Assembly: GCA_965644295.1 (NCBI GenBank)
Contig: CBFFRP010000119.1
Span: forward strand, 186,001 to 250,000
DNA from: Paraphysomonas bandaiensis
Taxonomy: Eukaryota > Protista > Chrysophyceae
Reading direction: 5' to 3'
Length of the DNA: 64,000 bases
The position numbers and the translations under genes were made by a program. Each line of letters starts with the position of its first letter. Position 1 is the stretch's first letter. This document shows positions 63,670-64,000 of this stretch, in pieces. Under the pieces are notes generated by a model, which ran no database searches, was not told the DNA's origin, and worked only from the letters and a program-made list of their open reading frames with translations.

Positions 63670-64000
63670 ATGTAGAATGCAGTGAGATAAAACAACAGTG
63701 ATCACAATAATCTGATAATGCTATGACTATCTAGTCCCATAGGTAAAAACAGATGTGAAATCTTTTAAAGATACATATATATCTAGCAGTCAACTAGATA
63801 TACAGTTATGTGGGATTTTCACCCACTAAAACACACCTTTAACCTCTTCGGGGTCGTTTCTTCTGCTGCTCCTCCACACTGTTAGACACACTCCTCTTAA
63901 CCCCGGTAATCGTTTTCTCATGACGGCTGAAGATCTTCGTGGACAACGCCTTTGTAAAAATATCGGCCGCCATATCATCCGTAGATACATGAATCAATTT
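63670..64000 (-). mobile_element. 3' end of a Ty1/copia LTR retrotransposon (RNase H C-terminus and probable 3' LTR); runs off the window
   Basis: Minus strand reads KLIHVSTDDMAADIFTKALSTKIFSRHEKTITG (stop at 63826). A purine-rich tract then TGTT at ~63832 suggests the LTR start; the LTR end is approximate. Confidence 0.85.

Overview
Eukaryotic nuclear DNA with short (~40-70 nt) spliceosomal introns, most consistent with a flagellated stramenopile (inferred from KAP3, mitochondrial HslU, NCKAP1 and a stramenopile-type RRGKWT..EE..PMRISKKF protein). It holds about 19 intact genes: ABHD17-like, a multi-TM protein, a 60-aa microprotein, HslU, COP-zeta, RPA2/POLR1B, ISY1, an intronless ACSF3/MatB-like ligase, KAP3, Yippee, NCKAP1, AP3-mu, mS33, a membrane-anchored pyroglutamyl peptidase I, a putative transcription factor, PCNA, SKA1, RPS17 and a MYND/MSS51-like protein. 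Almost all are arranged as head-to-head divergent pairs separated by AT-rich spacers full of mobile DNA: two hAT families with 8-bp TSDs (two insertions have their empty sites visible in the window), a 103-bp MITE with a 2-bp TSD, the end of a copia element, and a non-LTR-type retroelement family. That family is the most intriguing element here. It shows a self-nested, opposite-orientation double insertion with two 12-13-bp TSDs, and four copies share a structured 5' end resembling an atypical HDV-like ribozyme. Multi-exon gene models and RNA folds were assembled by eye and are unverified.
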